From NCBI GenBank assembly GCA_963716255.1, contig OY970303.1, positions 8,256,001-8,320,000 on the forward strand: a DNA stretch of 64,000 nt, given 5' to 3'. Below the pieces are notes generated by a model. It searched no databases and was not told the DNA's origin. It saw nothing but the letters and a program-made list of their open reading frames with translations. Made by a program: the position numbers and the translations under genes. Of the stretch, positions 49,911 to 59,513 are shown piece after piece. This DNA is from an uncultured Gemmatimonadales bacterium. Its GTDB lineage: Bacteria > Gemmatimonadota > Gemmatimonadetes > Longimicrobiales > Longimicrobiaceae. Within the stretch, counting starts at the first letter, position 1; the number at the start of each line of letters is the position of its first letter.

Positions 49911-50585
49911 ATGACCGAAGCACGCACCGCCTACGACGAGAAGCTGGAAAGCATCCTCCGTGCCTCGGCCGCCATCTTCGCCGAGAAGGGATACCACCAG
50001 GCGAGCATCCGCGACATCGCCCGGGCCACGCGGGTGAGCCTGTCGGGGCTCTACTACTACTTCACCTCCAAGGAAGAGCTCCTCTTCCTGATCCAGGACC
50101 ACGCCTTCGGCACCCTGGACGACACGCTGGGGCAGCTGCTGGAGGGGGTGGACGACCCGCACCGCAAGCTGCGCCTGCTGATGGAGAACCACCTCCGCTA
50201 CTTCGTCAACAACATGGCGGAGATGAAGGTGCTCTCGCACGAGGCCGACTCGCTCACCGGCGAGTTCCGCGAGCGGGTGAACGCGCGCAAGCGCCGGCTC
50301 ACCGACCGGGCGCTGGCGATCCTGGAGGAGCTGGGCCCGGGGAACGGCGTCGACCTGCGGGTGGCGACCTTCTCGCTCTTCGGGATGATGAACTGGCTGT
50401 ACAACTGGTACCGTCCGGGAAAGGACCTCCCGGTAGAGCAGCTCGCCGACCACATGAGCCGCCTGTTCATGGGCGGGTTCCTGAAGGAAGGCACGGAAGT
50501 TCCCGCGGGCGCGCTGGAAGCCGCCCCCGGCGAGAACAACCCGTCGATCTGGCGCTCCCAGGCCGACGGGTCGTCGTACGCCTGA
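49911..50585 (+). CDS. TetR/AcrR-family regulator
   Basis: F.EKGYHQAS.RDIA...VS...LYYYF.SKEELL; GMMNW...WY.P. Confidence 0.93.
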   Translation: MTEARTAYDEKLESILRASAAIFAEKGYHQASIRDIARATRVSLSGLYYYFTSKEELLFLIQDHAFGTLDDTLGQLLEGVDDPHRKLRLLMENHLRYFVNNMAEMKVLSHEADSLTGEFRERVNARKRRLTDRALAILEELGPGNGVDLRVATFSLFGMMNWLYNWYRPGKDLPVEQLADHMSRLFMGGFLKEGTEVPAGALEAAPGENNPSIWRSQADGSSYA

Positions 50586-50616
50586 ACGCAGCACCGAACC
50601 CAGAAACGGAGACACG

Positions 50617-51447
50617 ATGGCTACCGCAACGACCGAGATCCCCGGGACCGAGCAGAACACCCTGGTCGGCTACGAGACCCGGGACGGGATCGCGATCTTC
50701 ACGCTCCAGGACCCGCCGGCGAACACGTACACGCACGAGATGATGCGCGACCTGGACGCCGCCATCCTCCGCGCGCGCTTCGACCCGGCGGTGGACGTGA
50801 TCGTGATCACCGGGGCCGGCGAGAAGTTCTTCTGCGCCGGGGCCAACATCAACATGCTGCAGAAGGCCGACCCCACCTGGAAGTACTACTTCTGCCTGCA
50901 CGCCAACGAGACGCTGCTCAAGCTGGAGCACACCCCCAAGCTGGTGATCGCGGCGCTCAACGGCCACACCGTGGGCGGCGGGCTGGAGATCGCCATGGCG
51001 GCGGACCTGCGCATCGCGCGGCGCGGCGCCGGCAAGGTGGGGCTCCCCGAGGTGGCGCTGGGCGTGCTCCCGGGCACCGGCGGCACGCAGCGGCTCACCA
51101 AGCTGGTGGGCGCCAGCCGGGCCATCCAGCTCATGGCCAAGGGGAGCAACTTCGACTTCGACGAGGCGGAGCGGCTGGGGATCGTCAACAAGGTGCTGGA
51201 CGCCGGCTCGCGCGACGAGTTCCTGGACCAGGTGCTGGCGTACGCAAGGCAGTTCACCCGCCCCAACAAGGCCACCTTCGCGGTGGGCAACATCAAGCGC
51301 TCCTGCCAGAGCGGCGCCGAGCTGCCGCTGGAGCAGGGGCTGGCGCTGGAGCGGGAGCTACAGGCGCTCCTCTTCAACTCACAGGACGCCAAGGAAGGGC
51401 TGACCGCGTACGTCGAGAAGCGCCAGCCGCACTTCTCGGGCAAGTAA
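50617..51447 (+). CDS. Enoyl-CoA hydratase/isomerase family protein
   Basis: FFCAGAN, GGGLEIA.AADLR, PEV.LG..PG.GGTQRL. Confidence 0.9.
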   Translation: MATATTEIPGTEQNTLVGYETRDGIAIFTLQDPPANTYTHEMMRDLDAAILRARFDPAVDVIVITGAGEKFFCAGANINMLQKADPTWKYYFCLHANETLLKLEHTPKLVIAALNGHTVGGGLEIAMAADLRIARRGAGKVGLPEVALGVLPGTGGTQRLTKLVGASRAIQLMAKGSNFDFDEAERLGIVNKVLDAGSRDEFLDQVLAYARQFTRPNKATFAVGNIKRSCQSGAELPLEQGLALERELQALLFNSQDAKEGLTAYVEKRQPHFSGK

Positions 51448-51537
51448 CCACCACGCGGGAGGGACGGGGGCGGGACCGCCGCGCGCCGGGTGCGCACGGG
51501 GCGGCCCCTCCCCCGCCTTCTGCTTTTGGAGACCGAC

Positions 51538-53007
51538 ATGGCGACCGAGCTGGAGACCGGGGTGAAGCCCGGACGACTGTACATCGGCGGGGAGTGGCAG
51601 GACGCCGCCTCCGGCAGGACCTTCGACACCGTGAACCCCGCCACCGGCCAGGTGCTGACGCAGGTGGCGGAGGGCGCCGCGGAGGACGTGGACCGCGCGG
51701 TGAAGGCGGCGCGCGCGGCGTTCGAGGAGGGCAAGTGGCCGGCGATGTCGGGGCGCGAGCGGGGCCGCATCCTGTACCGCATGGCCGAGCTGATCGACCA
51801 GCGGGCGGACGAGCTGGCGCGCCTGGAAACGCTGGACAACGGCAAGCCGTTCCGCGAGGCGCGCGGCATCGACATCAAGGACTCGGCGGAGTGCTTCCGC
51901 TACTACGCCGGGTGGGCGGACAAGATCGAGGGCGAGGTGATCCCGGTCTCCGGCGCCTACCTGAACTACACCCGCCGGGAGCCGGTGGGCGTGTGCGGGC
52001 AGATCATCCCCTGGAACTACCCCTTCCAGATGGCGGCGTGGAAGGTGGCGCCGGCGCTGGCCTGCGGGAACACCATCGTGCTGAAGCCGGCGGAGCAGAC
52101 GCCGCTGACGGCGCTGGAGCTGGCCCGCATCGGCGAGGAGGCGGGGCTCCCGCCGGGGGTGCTCAACGTGGTCCCCGGCTTCGGGGAAACGGCGGGCGCG
52201 GCGCTGGTGGCGCACCCGGACGTGGACAAGATCGCCTTCACCGGCTCCACGGCGGTGGGCAAGCTGATCCAGCGCGAGGCGGCGGGGACGCTCAAGAAGG
52301 TGTCGCTGGAGCTGGGCGGCAAGAGCCCCAACATCGTCCTCGCGGACGCGGACGTGGACGCGGCGGTCAAGGGCGCCACCATGGGGATCTTCTACAACAC
52401 CGGCCAGGCCTGCACGGCGGGCTCGCGCCTGCTGGTGGACGAGCGGGTGCGGGACGAGCTGGTGGAGAAGCTGACCCAACGCGCCGCCGGGATGACGCCG
52501 GGCGACCCCTTCGACAAGGCGACGCGCATGGGCCCGCTGGTGTCGCAGGAGCAGCTGGACCGGGTGATGGGCTACGTGCAGAAGGGCAAGGACGAGGGCG
52601 CGGAGCTGGTGCTGGGCGGCGACAGCCCGCAGGTGAACGGCGGCGGGGGCTTCTTCATGAACCCCACCATCTTCGACCGGGTGACGCCGGAGATGACCAT
52701 CGCTCGCGAGGAGATCTTCGGGCCGGTGCTGGCGGTGAGCACCTTCCGCGAGGTGGAGGAGGCGCTGGAGATGGCGCACGGCACCGAGTACGGCCTGGCC
52801 GCGGCGGTGTGGACGCGCGACGTGGGCAAGGCGCACCGGGTGGCCCACGCGCTCCGCGCCGGCACCGTGTGGATCAACATGTACCACGCGCTCGACGTGG
52901 GCGTCCCCTTCGGCGGCTACAAGCAGTCGGGGTACGGCCGCGAGCTGGGCAAGTACGCCCTGGACCTGTATACGCAGGTGAAGAGCGTCTGGGTAAGCCT
53001 GTCGTAG
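51538..53007 (+). CDS. Aldehyde dehydrogenase
   Basis: IIPWNYP, FTGST, LELGGKSP, GQAC, EEIFGPV, PFGGYKQSG. Confidence 0.95.
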   Translation: MATELETGVKPGRLYIGGEWQDAASGRTFDTVNPATGQVLTQVAEGAAEDVDRAVKAARAAFEEGKWPAMSGRERGRILYRMAELIDQRADELARLETLDNGKPFREARGIDIKDSAECFRYYAGWADKIEGEVIPVSGAYLNYTRREPVGVCGQIIPWNYPFQMAAWKVAPALACGNTIVLKPAEQTPLTALELARIGEEAGLPPGVLNVVPGFGETAGAALVAHPDVDKIAFTGSTAVGKLIQREAAGTLKKVSLELGGKSPNIVLADADVDAAVKGATMGIFYNTGQACTAGSRLLVDERVRDELVEKLTQRAAGMTPGDPFDKATRMGPLVSQEQLDRVMGYVQKGKDEGAELVLGGDSPQVNGGGGFFMNPTIFDRVTPEMTIAREEIFGPVLAVSTFREVEEALEMAHGTEYGLAAAVWTRDVGKAHRVAHALRAGTVWINMYHALDVGVPFGGYKQSGYGRELGKYALDLYTQVKSVWVSLS

Positions 53008-53030
53008 AAGCCGACGCAACGCAGAAGCCC

Positions 53031-53158
53031 GCGTGAGGGATGCGAGCGCGAAGCGGCGAGACCCGGGGGCAGTTTCCCGGGGCTCGCCTCCGTTGCACAC
53101 GGTAGTTTCGTGTGCTACGGAGCCGCAGCCCGACCCCGGCGCAGCCGGGGGCACGCCC
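53031..53158 (+). repeat. Structured dispersed repeat, Flavo-1-like (copy D)
   Basis: GCGTGAGGGATGCGAGCGCGAAGCGG...GGGGGCACGCCC; near-exact reverse complement of copy A. Confidence 0.85.
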
Positions 53159-53186
53159 GAACCACGCCGTTCATCCTGACCGATAC

Positions 53187-54386
53187 ATGACCGACGCATA
53201 CATCATCGACGCCTGCCGGACCCCCGTGGGGCGATACGGCGGCGCCCTGGCCTCCGTGCGCCCGGACGACCTGGCCGCGACCGTGATCAGGGCGCTCGTG
53301 GAGCGCACCGGCGTGGAGCCGGCGGCGGTGGACGACGTGATCTTCGGGTGCGCGAACCAGGCGGGGGAGGACAACCGCAACGTGGCGCGCATGGCCTGGC
53401 TGCTGGCGGGGATGCCCGTCTCGGTGGCGGGGCAGACGGTGAACCGGCTCTGCGGATCGGGCCTCCAGGCGGTGCGCGGGGCCTTCCACGCGATCAGGGC
53501 GGGCGAGGGCGAGGTGTTCGTGGCCGGCGGCGTGGAAAGCATGTCGCGGGCGCCCTGGGTGATGCTGAAGCCCACGGAGGTGCCGGCCCGCGGCGTGCCC
53601 GAGATGGCGGACTCGCTGCTGGGGTGGCGCTTCGTGAACCCCAGGATGCCCAGGGAGTTCACCGTCTCGCTGGGGGAAACGGCGGAGATCGTGGCGGAGG
53701 AGTTCGGCGTGTCCCGCGAGGACCAGGACGCCTTCGCGCTGGCGAGCCAGCAGCGCGCGGCGGCGGCGATCGCGGCCCGCCACTTCGAGGGCGAGATCGT
53801 CCCGGTGGAGATCGCCCAGCGCAAGGGGCCGCCCGTGGTGGTGCGCGACGACGAGCACCCGCGCGCGGACACCACCGCGGAGGGGCTGGCGGCGCTGCGG
53901 CCGGCGTTCCGCAGGGAGGGCGGCACGGTGACGGCGGGCAACTCGTCGGGCCTCAACGACGGGGCGTCGGCGCTGCTGGTGGCCTCGGGGCTGGCGGCGG
54001 AGCGGGCGGGGCTGCGGCCCATGGCGCGCATCGTGGCGAGCGCGGTGGCGGGGGTGGAGCCGCAGCGCATGGGGATCGGGCCGGTGCCGGCGACGCGCAA
54101 GGCGCTCGCCCGCGCGGGGCTGGAGGTGGGCGACATCGGCCTGGTGGAGCTGAACGAGGCCTTCGCGGCGCAGTCGGTGGCGTGCGTGCGGGAGCTGGGG
54201 CTGGACCCGGCGATCGTCAACGTCACGGGTGGCGCGGTGGCGATGGGGCACCCGCTGGGCTCCTCGGGGGCGCGCATCCTCACCACGCTGGTCCACGAGA
54301 TGCGGCGCCGCGACGTGCGCTACGGACTGGCGAGCATGTGCATCGGCGTCGGCCAGGGGATATCCATGATCGTGGAGCGCGTGTGA
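53187..54386 (+). CDS. Thiolase (PcaF/PaaJ-like 3-oxoadipyl-CoA thiolase)
   Basis: CANQAGEDNRNVARM, NRLCGSG, NEAFA, GHPLG.SG, CIGVGQG. Confidence 0.9.
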   Translation: MTDAYIIDACRTPVGRYGGALASVRPDDLAATVIRALVERTGVEPAAVDDVIFGCANQAGEDNRNVARMAWLLAGMPVSVAGQTVNRLCGSGLQAVRGAFHAIRAGEGEVFVAGGVESMSRAPWVMLKPTEVPARGVPEMADSLLGWRFVNPRMPREFTVSLGETAEIVAEEFGVSREDQDAFALASQQRAAAAIAARHFEGEIVPVEIAQRKGPPVVVRDDEHPRADTTAEGLAALRPAFRREGGTVTAGNSSGLNDGASALLVASGLAAERAGLRPMARIVASAVAGVEPQRMGIGPVPATRKALARAGLEVGDIGLVELNEAFAAQSVACVRELGLDPAIVNVTGGAVAMGHPLGSSGARILTTLVHEMRRRDVRYGLASMCIGVGQGISMIVERV

Positions 54387-55192
54387 GCGGGGCGAACGGG
54401 GTGTCCGTGGAAAGCGTCCTCCTGCGGATCGAGGAGGGGGTCGCCTGGATCACGCTGAACCGGCCGGACCGGCTGAACGCCTTCGCCGGGACGATGCGCG
54501 ACGACCTGCACGACGCGGTGACCGCCGCGGCGGACGCACCGGCGACGCGGGTGATCGTGGTCACGGGGGCGGGGCGCGGGTTCTGCACGGGGGCGGACGT
54601 GGAGGTGATGTCGGACCTGCTCGCGCGGGACGATGCGGAAGCGTTCGAGCGCTACGTGGAGGCGGGGATGCGGGTGGTGAGCCGGATCCGCGCCGTCCCG
54701 CAGCCGGTGATCGCGGCCGTGAACGGCCCGGCCGCGGGAGCGGGCGCGTCGCTTGCACTCGCCTGCGACCTGCGCCTGGCGTCGTCGCGGGCGTCCATCG
54801 GCTTCACCTTCAACCGCATCGGGCTGCACCCGGACTGGGGCGCGAGCTGGATCCTCCCCCGCGTGGTGGGCGCGGGGCGCGCGGCGGAGCTGGTGCTCAG
54901 CGGGCGGATGGTGGACGCGGCGGAGGCGGAGCGCATCGGCCTCTTTTCGAGGGTGATCCCGGAGGACGCGTTCGAGGGCGAGGTCCGCAAGACCGCGCTG
55001 GAGTACGCGGCACGGGCGCCCATGGCGCTCGCGGCGGCGAAGCGGACGCTGGCACGTGCCTGGACGAGCGACCTGGAGGCGACCATGGCCGCGGAGGAGG
55101 AGGCGCAGCTGCGCTGCTTCCGCTCGGCGGACGCCCGGGAGGGGATCGCGGCCTTCCACGAGAAGCGGCGGCCGGCGTTCCGGGGGGAGTAG
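54383..55192 (+). CDS. Enoyl-CoA hydratase/isomerase (PaaG-like)
   Basis: LNRPDRLNAF, GRGFC.GAD, GPAAGAGASLALACD, IGL.PD.G. Confidence 0.8.
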   Translation: MSGANGVSVESVLLRIEEGVAWITLNRPDRLNAFAGTMRDDLHDAVTAAADAPATRVIVVTGAGRGFCTGADVEVMSDLLARDDAEAFERYVEAGMRVVSRIRAVPQPVIAAVNGPAAGAGASLALACDLRLASSRASIGFTFNRIGLHPDWGASWILPRVVGAGRAAELVLSGRMVDAAEAERIGLFSRVIPEDAFEGEVRKTALEYAARAPMALAAAKRTLARAWTSDLEATMAAEEEAQLRCFRSADAREGIAAFHEKRRPAFRGE

Positions 55193-55199
55193 GAACGGC

Positions 55200-55236
55200 A
55201 GGGAACAGGGAATAGGGAACAGGGAACAGGGAACAG
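55200..55236 (+). repeat. Heptamer tandem repeat (AGGGAAY)x5
   Basis: agggaac agggaat agggaac agggaac agggaac ag. Confidence 0.9.
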
Positions 55237-55281
55237 CCTGCAACGGCGTCCCGGTAACGGCCTTCTGACGGAGGGAGACGG

Positions 55282-56151
55282 GTGGACGAGAAGCTGGAGC
55301 GCGTCGGCGTCCTCGGCGCGGGGACGATGGGGCACGGGATCGCCCAGGTGTGCGCCATGGCGGGGCTGGGGGTGAGCCTGTACGACCCGCAGCCGGGCCA
55401 GGTGGACGCGGCGCTGGCGGCGATCACCGGGAACCTGGACAGGGGCGTGGAGCGCGGCAAGGTGTCGGCGGAGGTGCGCGGCCGGGCCGTCGCCAACCTG
55501 CACAAGGCGGCGAACCTGCGCGACGCGGTGGACGACGCGGACCTGGTGATCGAGGCGGTGCCGGAGCGCATCGACGTGAAGCTGCGCACCTTCGAGGACG
55601 CGGACCAGCACGCGCCGGACCACGCGATCCTGGCGAGCAACACGTCGTCGCTCAGCATCTCGCGCATCGCGGAGGCCACGCGGCGGCCGGAGCGGGTGGT
55701 GGGGCTGCACTTCTTCAACCCCGTCCACATCATGAAGCTGCTGGAGGTGGTGCGCGGCTCGGCCACCTCGCAGGACACCGTGGATGCGGCGCTGGCCTTC
55801 GCGCGGCGCATCGGGAAGGAGCCCATCGTGGTCACGGACACGCCGGGGTTCGCGTCGTCGCGGCTGGGCGTGGTGCTGGGGCTGGAGGCGATGCGGATGG
55901 TGGAGGAGGGGGTCGCCTCGCCGGAGGACATCGACTCCGCAATGACGCTGGGCTACAACCACCCCATGGGGCCGCTGCGCCTCACCGACCTGGTGGGGCT
56001 GGACGTGCGCCTGGGGATCGCGGAGTACCTGCACGACACGCTGGGCGGCGAGCAGTTCCGCGCGCCGGAGATCCTGCGGCGCATGGTGGCGGAGAGGAAG
56101 CTGGGGAAGAAGTCGGGCCAGGGATTCTACCGCTGGGAGGACGGCAAGTGA
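55282..56151 (+). CDS. 3-hydroxyacyl-CoA dehydrogenase
   Basis: GAGTMGHGIAQ, EAVPE, SNTSS, HFFNPV, PMGP..L.D.VGLD, G.KSG.GFY. Confidence 0.95.
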   Translation: MDEKLERVGVLGAGTMGHGIAQVCAMAGLGVSLYDPQPGQVDAALAAITGNLDRGVERGKVSAEVRGRAVANLHKAANLRDAVDDADLVIEAVPERIDVKLRTFEDADQHAPDHAILASNTSSLSISRIAEATRRPERVVGLHFFNPVHIMKLLEVVRGSATSQDTVDAALAFARRIGKEPIVVTDTPGFASSRLGVVLGLEAMRMVEEGVASPEDIDSAMTLGYNHPMGPLRLTDLVGLDVRLGIAEYLHDTLGGEQFRAPEILRRMVAERKLGKKSGQGFYRWEDGK

Positions 56152-56927
56152 GCTACCAGACGCTGCTGGTGGAGCTGGACGGCGGGGTCGCGACGGTCAC
56201 CGTCAACCGGCCGGACAAGCGCAACGCGCTGAACTCGCAGGTGCGCGCGGACATCCTCACGGCGCTCGACTTCCTCCGCGACGACGAGTCGGTGCGCGTG
56301 GTAGTGTTCACCGGCGCGGGGGAGAAGGCGTTCGTGGCGGGGGCGGACATCGGCGAGTTCGCGGAGCGCACGCCGCTGGAGCAGCGCGAGGCGATGACGG
56401 GGCGCCGGGTGTTCGACGAGATCGCGGCGTTCCCCAAGCCGACCGTCGCCATGATCAACGGCTTCTGCCTGGGCGGCGGGTGCGAGCTGGCGCTGGCGTG
56501 CGACGTGCGCGTGGCGTCGGACGCGGCGAAGCTGGGGCAGCCGGAGATCAACCTGGGGATCATCCCGGGCGGCGGGGGGACGCAGCGGCTCCCGCGCGTG
56601 GTCGGCACCGGCCAGGCGATGCGGCTGATCCTGTCGGGCGAGATCGTCGACGCGGCGGAGGCGCTGCGGATCGGGCTGGTGGACGTGGTGCACCCGGCCG
56701 CTGATCTCCGGGCGCGGACGCTGGAGTTCGCGCGGGGGATGGCGGCCAAGTCGCCCGTCGCGCTCCGAATGGCGAAGGCGGCGGTGCGCGCGGCGGCGGA
56801 GATGCCGCTCGCGGCGGGGCTCGCGTACGAGACGGAATTGTTCGTGACGTGCTTCGGGAGCGACGACAAGCGCGAGGGGGTGGCCGCGTTCCTGGAGAAG
56901 CGGCCGGCGGAGTTCACGGGGCGTTAG
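56148..56927 (+). CDS. Enoyl-CoA hydratase (crotonase/PaaF-like)
   Basis: NRPDKRNAL, AFVAGADI, GGGCELALACD, QPEINLG..PG.GGTQRL. Confidence 0.92.
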   Translation: MSYQTLLVELDGGVATVTVNRPDKRNALNSQVRADILTALDFLRDDESVRVVVFTGAGEKAFVAGADIGEFAERTPLEQREAMTGRRVFDEIAAFPKPTVAMINGFCLGGGCELALACDVRVASDAAKLGQPEINLGIIPGGGGTQRLPRVVGTGQAMRLILSGEIVDAAEALRIGLVDVVHPAADLRARTLEFARGMAAKSPVALRMAKAAVRAAAEMPLAAGLAYETELFVTCFGSDDKREGVAAFLEKRPAEFTGR

Positions 56928-57012
56928 TTCGATCGTCGAGGGGCGGGCCGGGGGGCGGGTCCCGGTCTGCCCTGCCCTTCTTCCACGCGGAACACGAGGC
57001 TCGCGGCGCCGA

Positions 57013-57135
57013 ATGATGATGGAAGCCAACAAGAAGAGGATCTACATCGACTGGCGCTGGTGGCTGCTGGCGATCGGCGTCTCGGCGGTGGCCGCGGCGG
57101 CGGGGTTCGCGGCGGGGATGTGGCTGGGGCGGTGA
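57013..57135 (+). CDS. Small single-TM protein (40 aa)
   Basis: MMMEANKKRIYIDWRWWLLAIGVSAVAAAAGFAAGMWLGR; GC-ending codons; below the ORF-track cutoff. Confidence 0.45.
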   Translation: MMMEANKKRIYIDWRWWLLAIGVSAVAAAAGFAAGMWLGR

Positions 57136-57262
57136 GGATGAAAACAGCGGGTTGTTGCTTTTTTAACGATCAACGTCTTTCATCCTTGACCATCACCCTT
57201 CTATCTTATTAATCAGGTTACACTAGTGCTAGTGTTCACCCCAACTAGGAGTCTCTCCTAGA

Positions 57263-58747
57263 ATGCTCACGCGCATCCATGTAAGCGGGTTTAAGAATCT
57301 TGTGGATCTTGATGTTGCATTCGGCCCATTCACCTGTATCGCGGGGGGGAACGCGGTTGGTAAGTCCAACTTATTTGATGCGATAATGTTTCTTGGCAGC
57401 CTCGCCGATACACCCCTGATTGAGGCCGCCATGAGCGTCCGAGACAAGGGGGGCCGTGCCAACGACATCCGTTCCCTTTTTCACAATACGGCGACCGGCC
57501 ATACCTCGTCGATGAAGTTTGTCGCGGAAATGATCGTGCCAACTTTAGGCCAGGACGACCTCGGGCAAGCTGCAAAAGCTAGCATCACCTTTCTTCGATA
57601 TACGTTGGAGTTGGGATACCGGCCCTCCGGGATTGATAGCGTTCGCCCTAGCTTGATCATTAATCAAGAGGAACTCGACTACATCAGCTTAAGTGAGGCC
57701 ACTCGTAACCTCCCGTTTAAGCCTTCTAATCGGTGGGTTCGCTCGGTGATCAAGGGGAGAAGGACGAGTCCATTCATCTCGACAGACGCTTCGAAAACTG
57801 GAAATACAGTCCGTCTCCATCAGGAAGGACGGAGTGGCCGGACACGTGATTTCTTGGCGACAACTCTTCCTCGAACGGTGTTATCCACCGTCAATGCGGC
57901 CGAGAGTCCGACCGCTTTGCTTGCGCGCCGAGAAATGCAGTCTTGGCGTTTACTTCAGCTGGAGCCATCCGCTCTTCGAGCTTCGGATTCATTCACAGCA
58001 CCGACTCAAATGGGTGCGGACGGCTCGCACTTGCCGGCAACTCTTTATCAGCTTGCCCGAACGGCAGCCCAGCGTCCAGACACTCCATCAGATGTTTATA
58101 CCATCGTAAGTAATCGCCTTGCGGATCTGATAGAGGACGTCAAGCGCGTTAATGTCGAGCGTGACGATGCTCGTGAATTGCTAACTCTCACGGTCCGCGG
58201 CAAGGATGAGACAGTTCACCCTGCTCGCGCACTTTCCGATGGTACGTTGCGCTTTCTCGCGTTGACGGTATTGGAAGCGGATCCGAATGCCCGTGGAGTT
58301 CTCTGCTTTGAGGAACCCGAAAATGGCATTCACCCAGAGCGGATAACAGCAATGCTAGATCTCCTCCAAGACCTAGCGGTCAATACAGATGAAGCGGTTG
58401 GTGAGGACAACCCGCTACGCCAGGTCATCATTAATACACACTCACCGACGGTAGTTGCACAGGTTCCTGATGATAGCCTCCTCTTTGCTCACAGAGTTGA
58501 ACAAGTAGTGGATAGTGAGCGGACTAGCACTGTAGTTCTTCGTCCGTTACCGGACACCTGGCGTGTCAGGGCAATGCCGGAAATTCAGCCAATTCCGCGT
58601 GGACTCATCGTGCGATTTTTGAATCCAGTCCGGCCTAATTTGGACGACACGCAGCACGATGCGTTCTCGCGATTCCAAAAAGTATACGAGCGAGATGATA
58701 TTGCTCAACTACTCCTTTGGCCTCAGCTCGCAAAGGGACGCCGGTAA
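57263..58747 (+). CDS. ABC/AAA_21-type ATPase
   Basis: GFKNL, Walker A GGNAVGKSN, signature LSDGT, Walker B/D-loop FEEPENGIHP, H-loop NTHSP; markedly lower GC. Confidence 0.9.
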   Translation: MLTRIHVSGFKNLVDLDVAFGPFTCIAGGNAVGKSNLFDAIMFLGSLADTPLIEAAMSVRDKGGRANDIRSLFHNTATGHTSSMKFVAEMIVPTLGQDDLGQAAKASITFLRYTLELGYRPSGIDSVRPSLIINQEELDYISLSEATRNLPFKPSNRWVRSVIKGRRTSPFISTDASKTGNTVRLHQEGRSGRTRDFLATTLPRTVLSTVNAAESPTALLARREMQSWRLLQLEPSALRASDSFTAPTQMGADGSHLPATLYQLARTAAQRPDTPSDVYTIVSNRLADLIEDVKRVNVERDDARELLTLTVRGKDETVHPARALSDGTLRFLALTVLEADPNARGVLCFEEPENGIHPERITAMLDLLQDLAVNTDEAVGEDNPLRQVIINTHSPTVVAQVPDDSLLFAHRVEQVVDSERTSTVVLRPLPDTWRVRAMPEIQPIPRGLIVRFLNPVRPNLDDTQHDAFSRFQKVYERDDIAQLLLWPQLAKGRR

Positions 58748-59370
58748 TGGAGCTTACGTATACTTTACTTGGCGACGGACCAACTGATCAAAAGCTACAG
58801 CCACTCGTCAGGTGGGTCCTACGCAACAGTACGAATCGTGCAATTTCAGGGTTCTGGGCGGATCTTTCTATTGCGCCTTCCCGTCCTCGTACGACCCGCG
58901 AACGCATCGCGGCTGCGCTGGAATTCTACCCGTCTGATATCTTGTTCGTCCACCGGGATGCGGAAAGGATCTCGCTCCCGAACCGTATTGCGGAGATCCA
59001 ACGCGTCATACCTGATAATACTGAAACCTCCGTCATCCCGCTTGTGCCTGTACGCATGACGGAAGCATGGTTCTTATCTGACGAGGCAGCTATCCGCACA
59101 GCGGCTAACAACCCGGGAGGCCGCGTCGACCTAGCTCTCCCTCCACTCCGCCGTTGTGAAGATTTACCGAATCCCAAGGAGATCCTGGCAACCGCCTTAG
59201 AGACTGCAAGCGATCTTCGGAGTAAGCGGCACCTGAATCGGTTCAATGTCGTCAATTCCGCGCACCGTGTCGCAGAGCTAACCGAAGATTTTTCAAGACT
59301 CCGTGTACTTCACTCGTTTGCAGAATTCGAGAGTGCGGTCCAAACGCTGGTGGCAGCTAAAGGCTGGTAG
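58747..59370 (+). CDS. DUF4276-like (TOPRIM-like) protein
   Basis: ATG overlaps the ATPase stop (TAATG); DGPTD, VHRDAE, VPVRMTEAWFL.D, PK and SF..F motifs. Confidence 0.75.
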   Translation: MELTYTLLGDGPTDQKLQPLVRWVLRNSTNRAISGFWADLSIAPSRPRTTRERIAAALEFYPSDILFVHRDAERISLPNRIAEIQRVIPDNTETSVIPLVPVRMTEAWFLSDEAAIRTAANNPGGRVDLALPPLRRCEDLPNPKEILATALETASDLRSKRHLNRFNVVNSAHRVAELTEDFSRLRVLHSFAEFESAVQTLVAAKGW

Positions 59371-59513
59371 CTCCCGCCCAAGGCAGTTGGATTCGGCTTG
59401 AATGTGCTTTACACGGCATTCACGCAGGAGGCCCGCCACTCGCCAAGCACATCGCCCGCCGAAGGTCCACGACCTCCAGCGGGCGATTCACATCCCCAAA
59501 CCAGCGCACTTGC

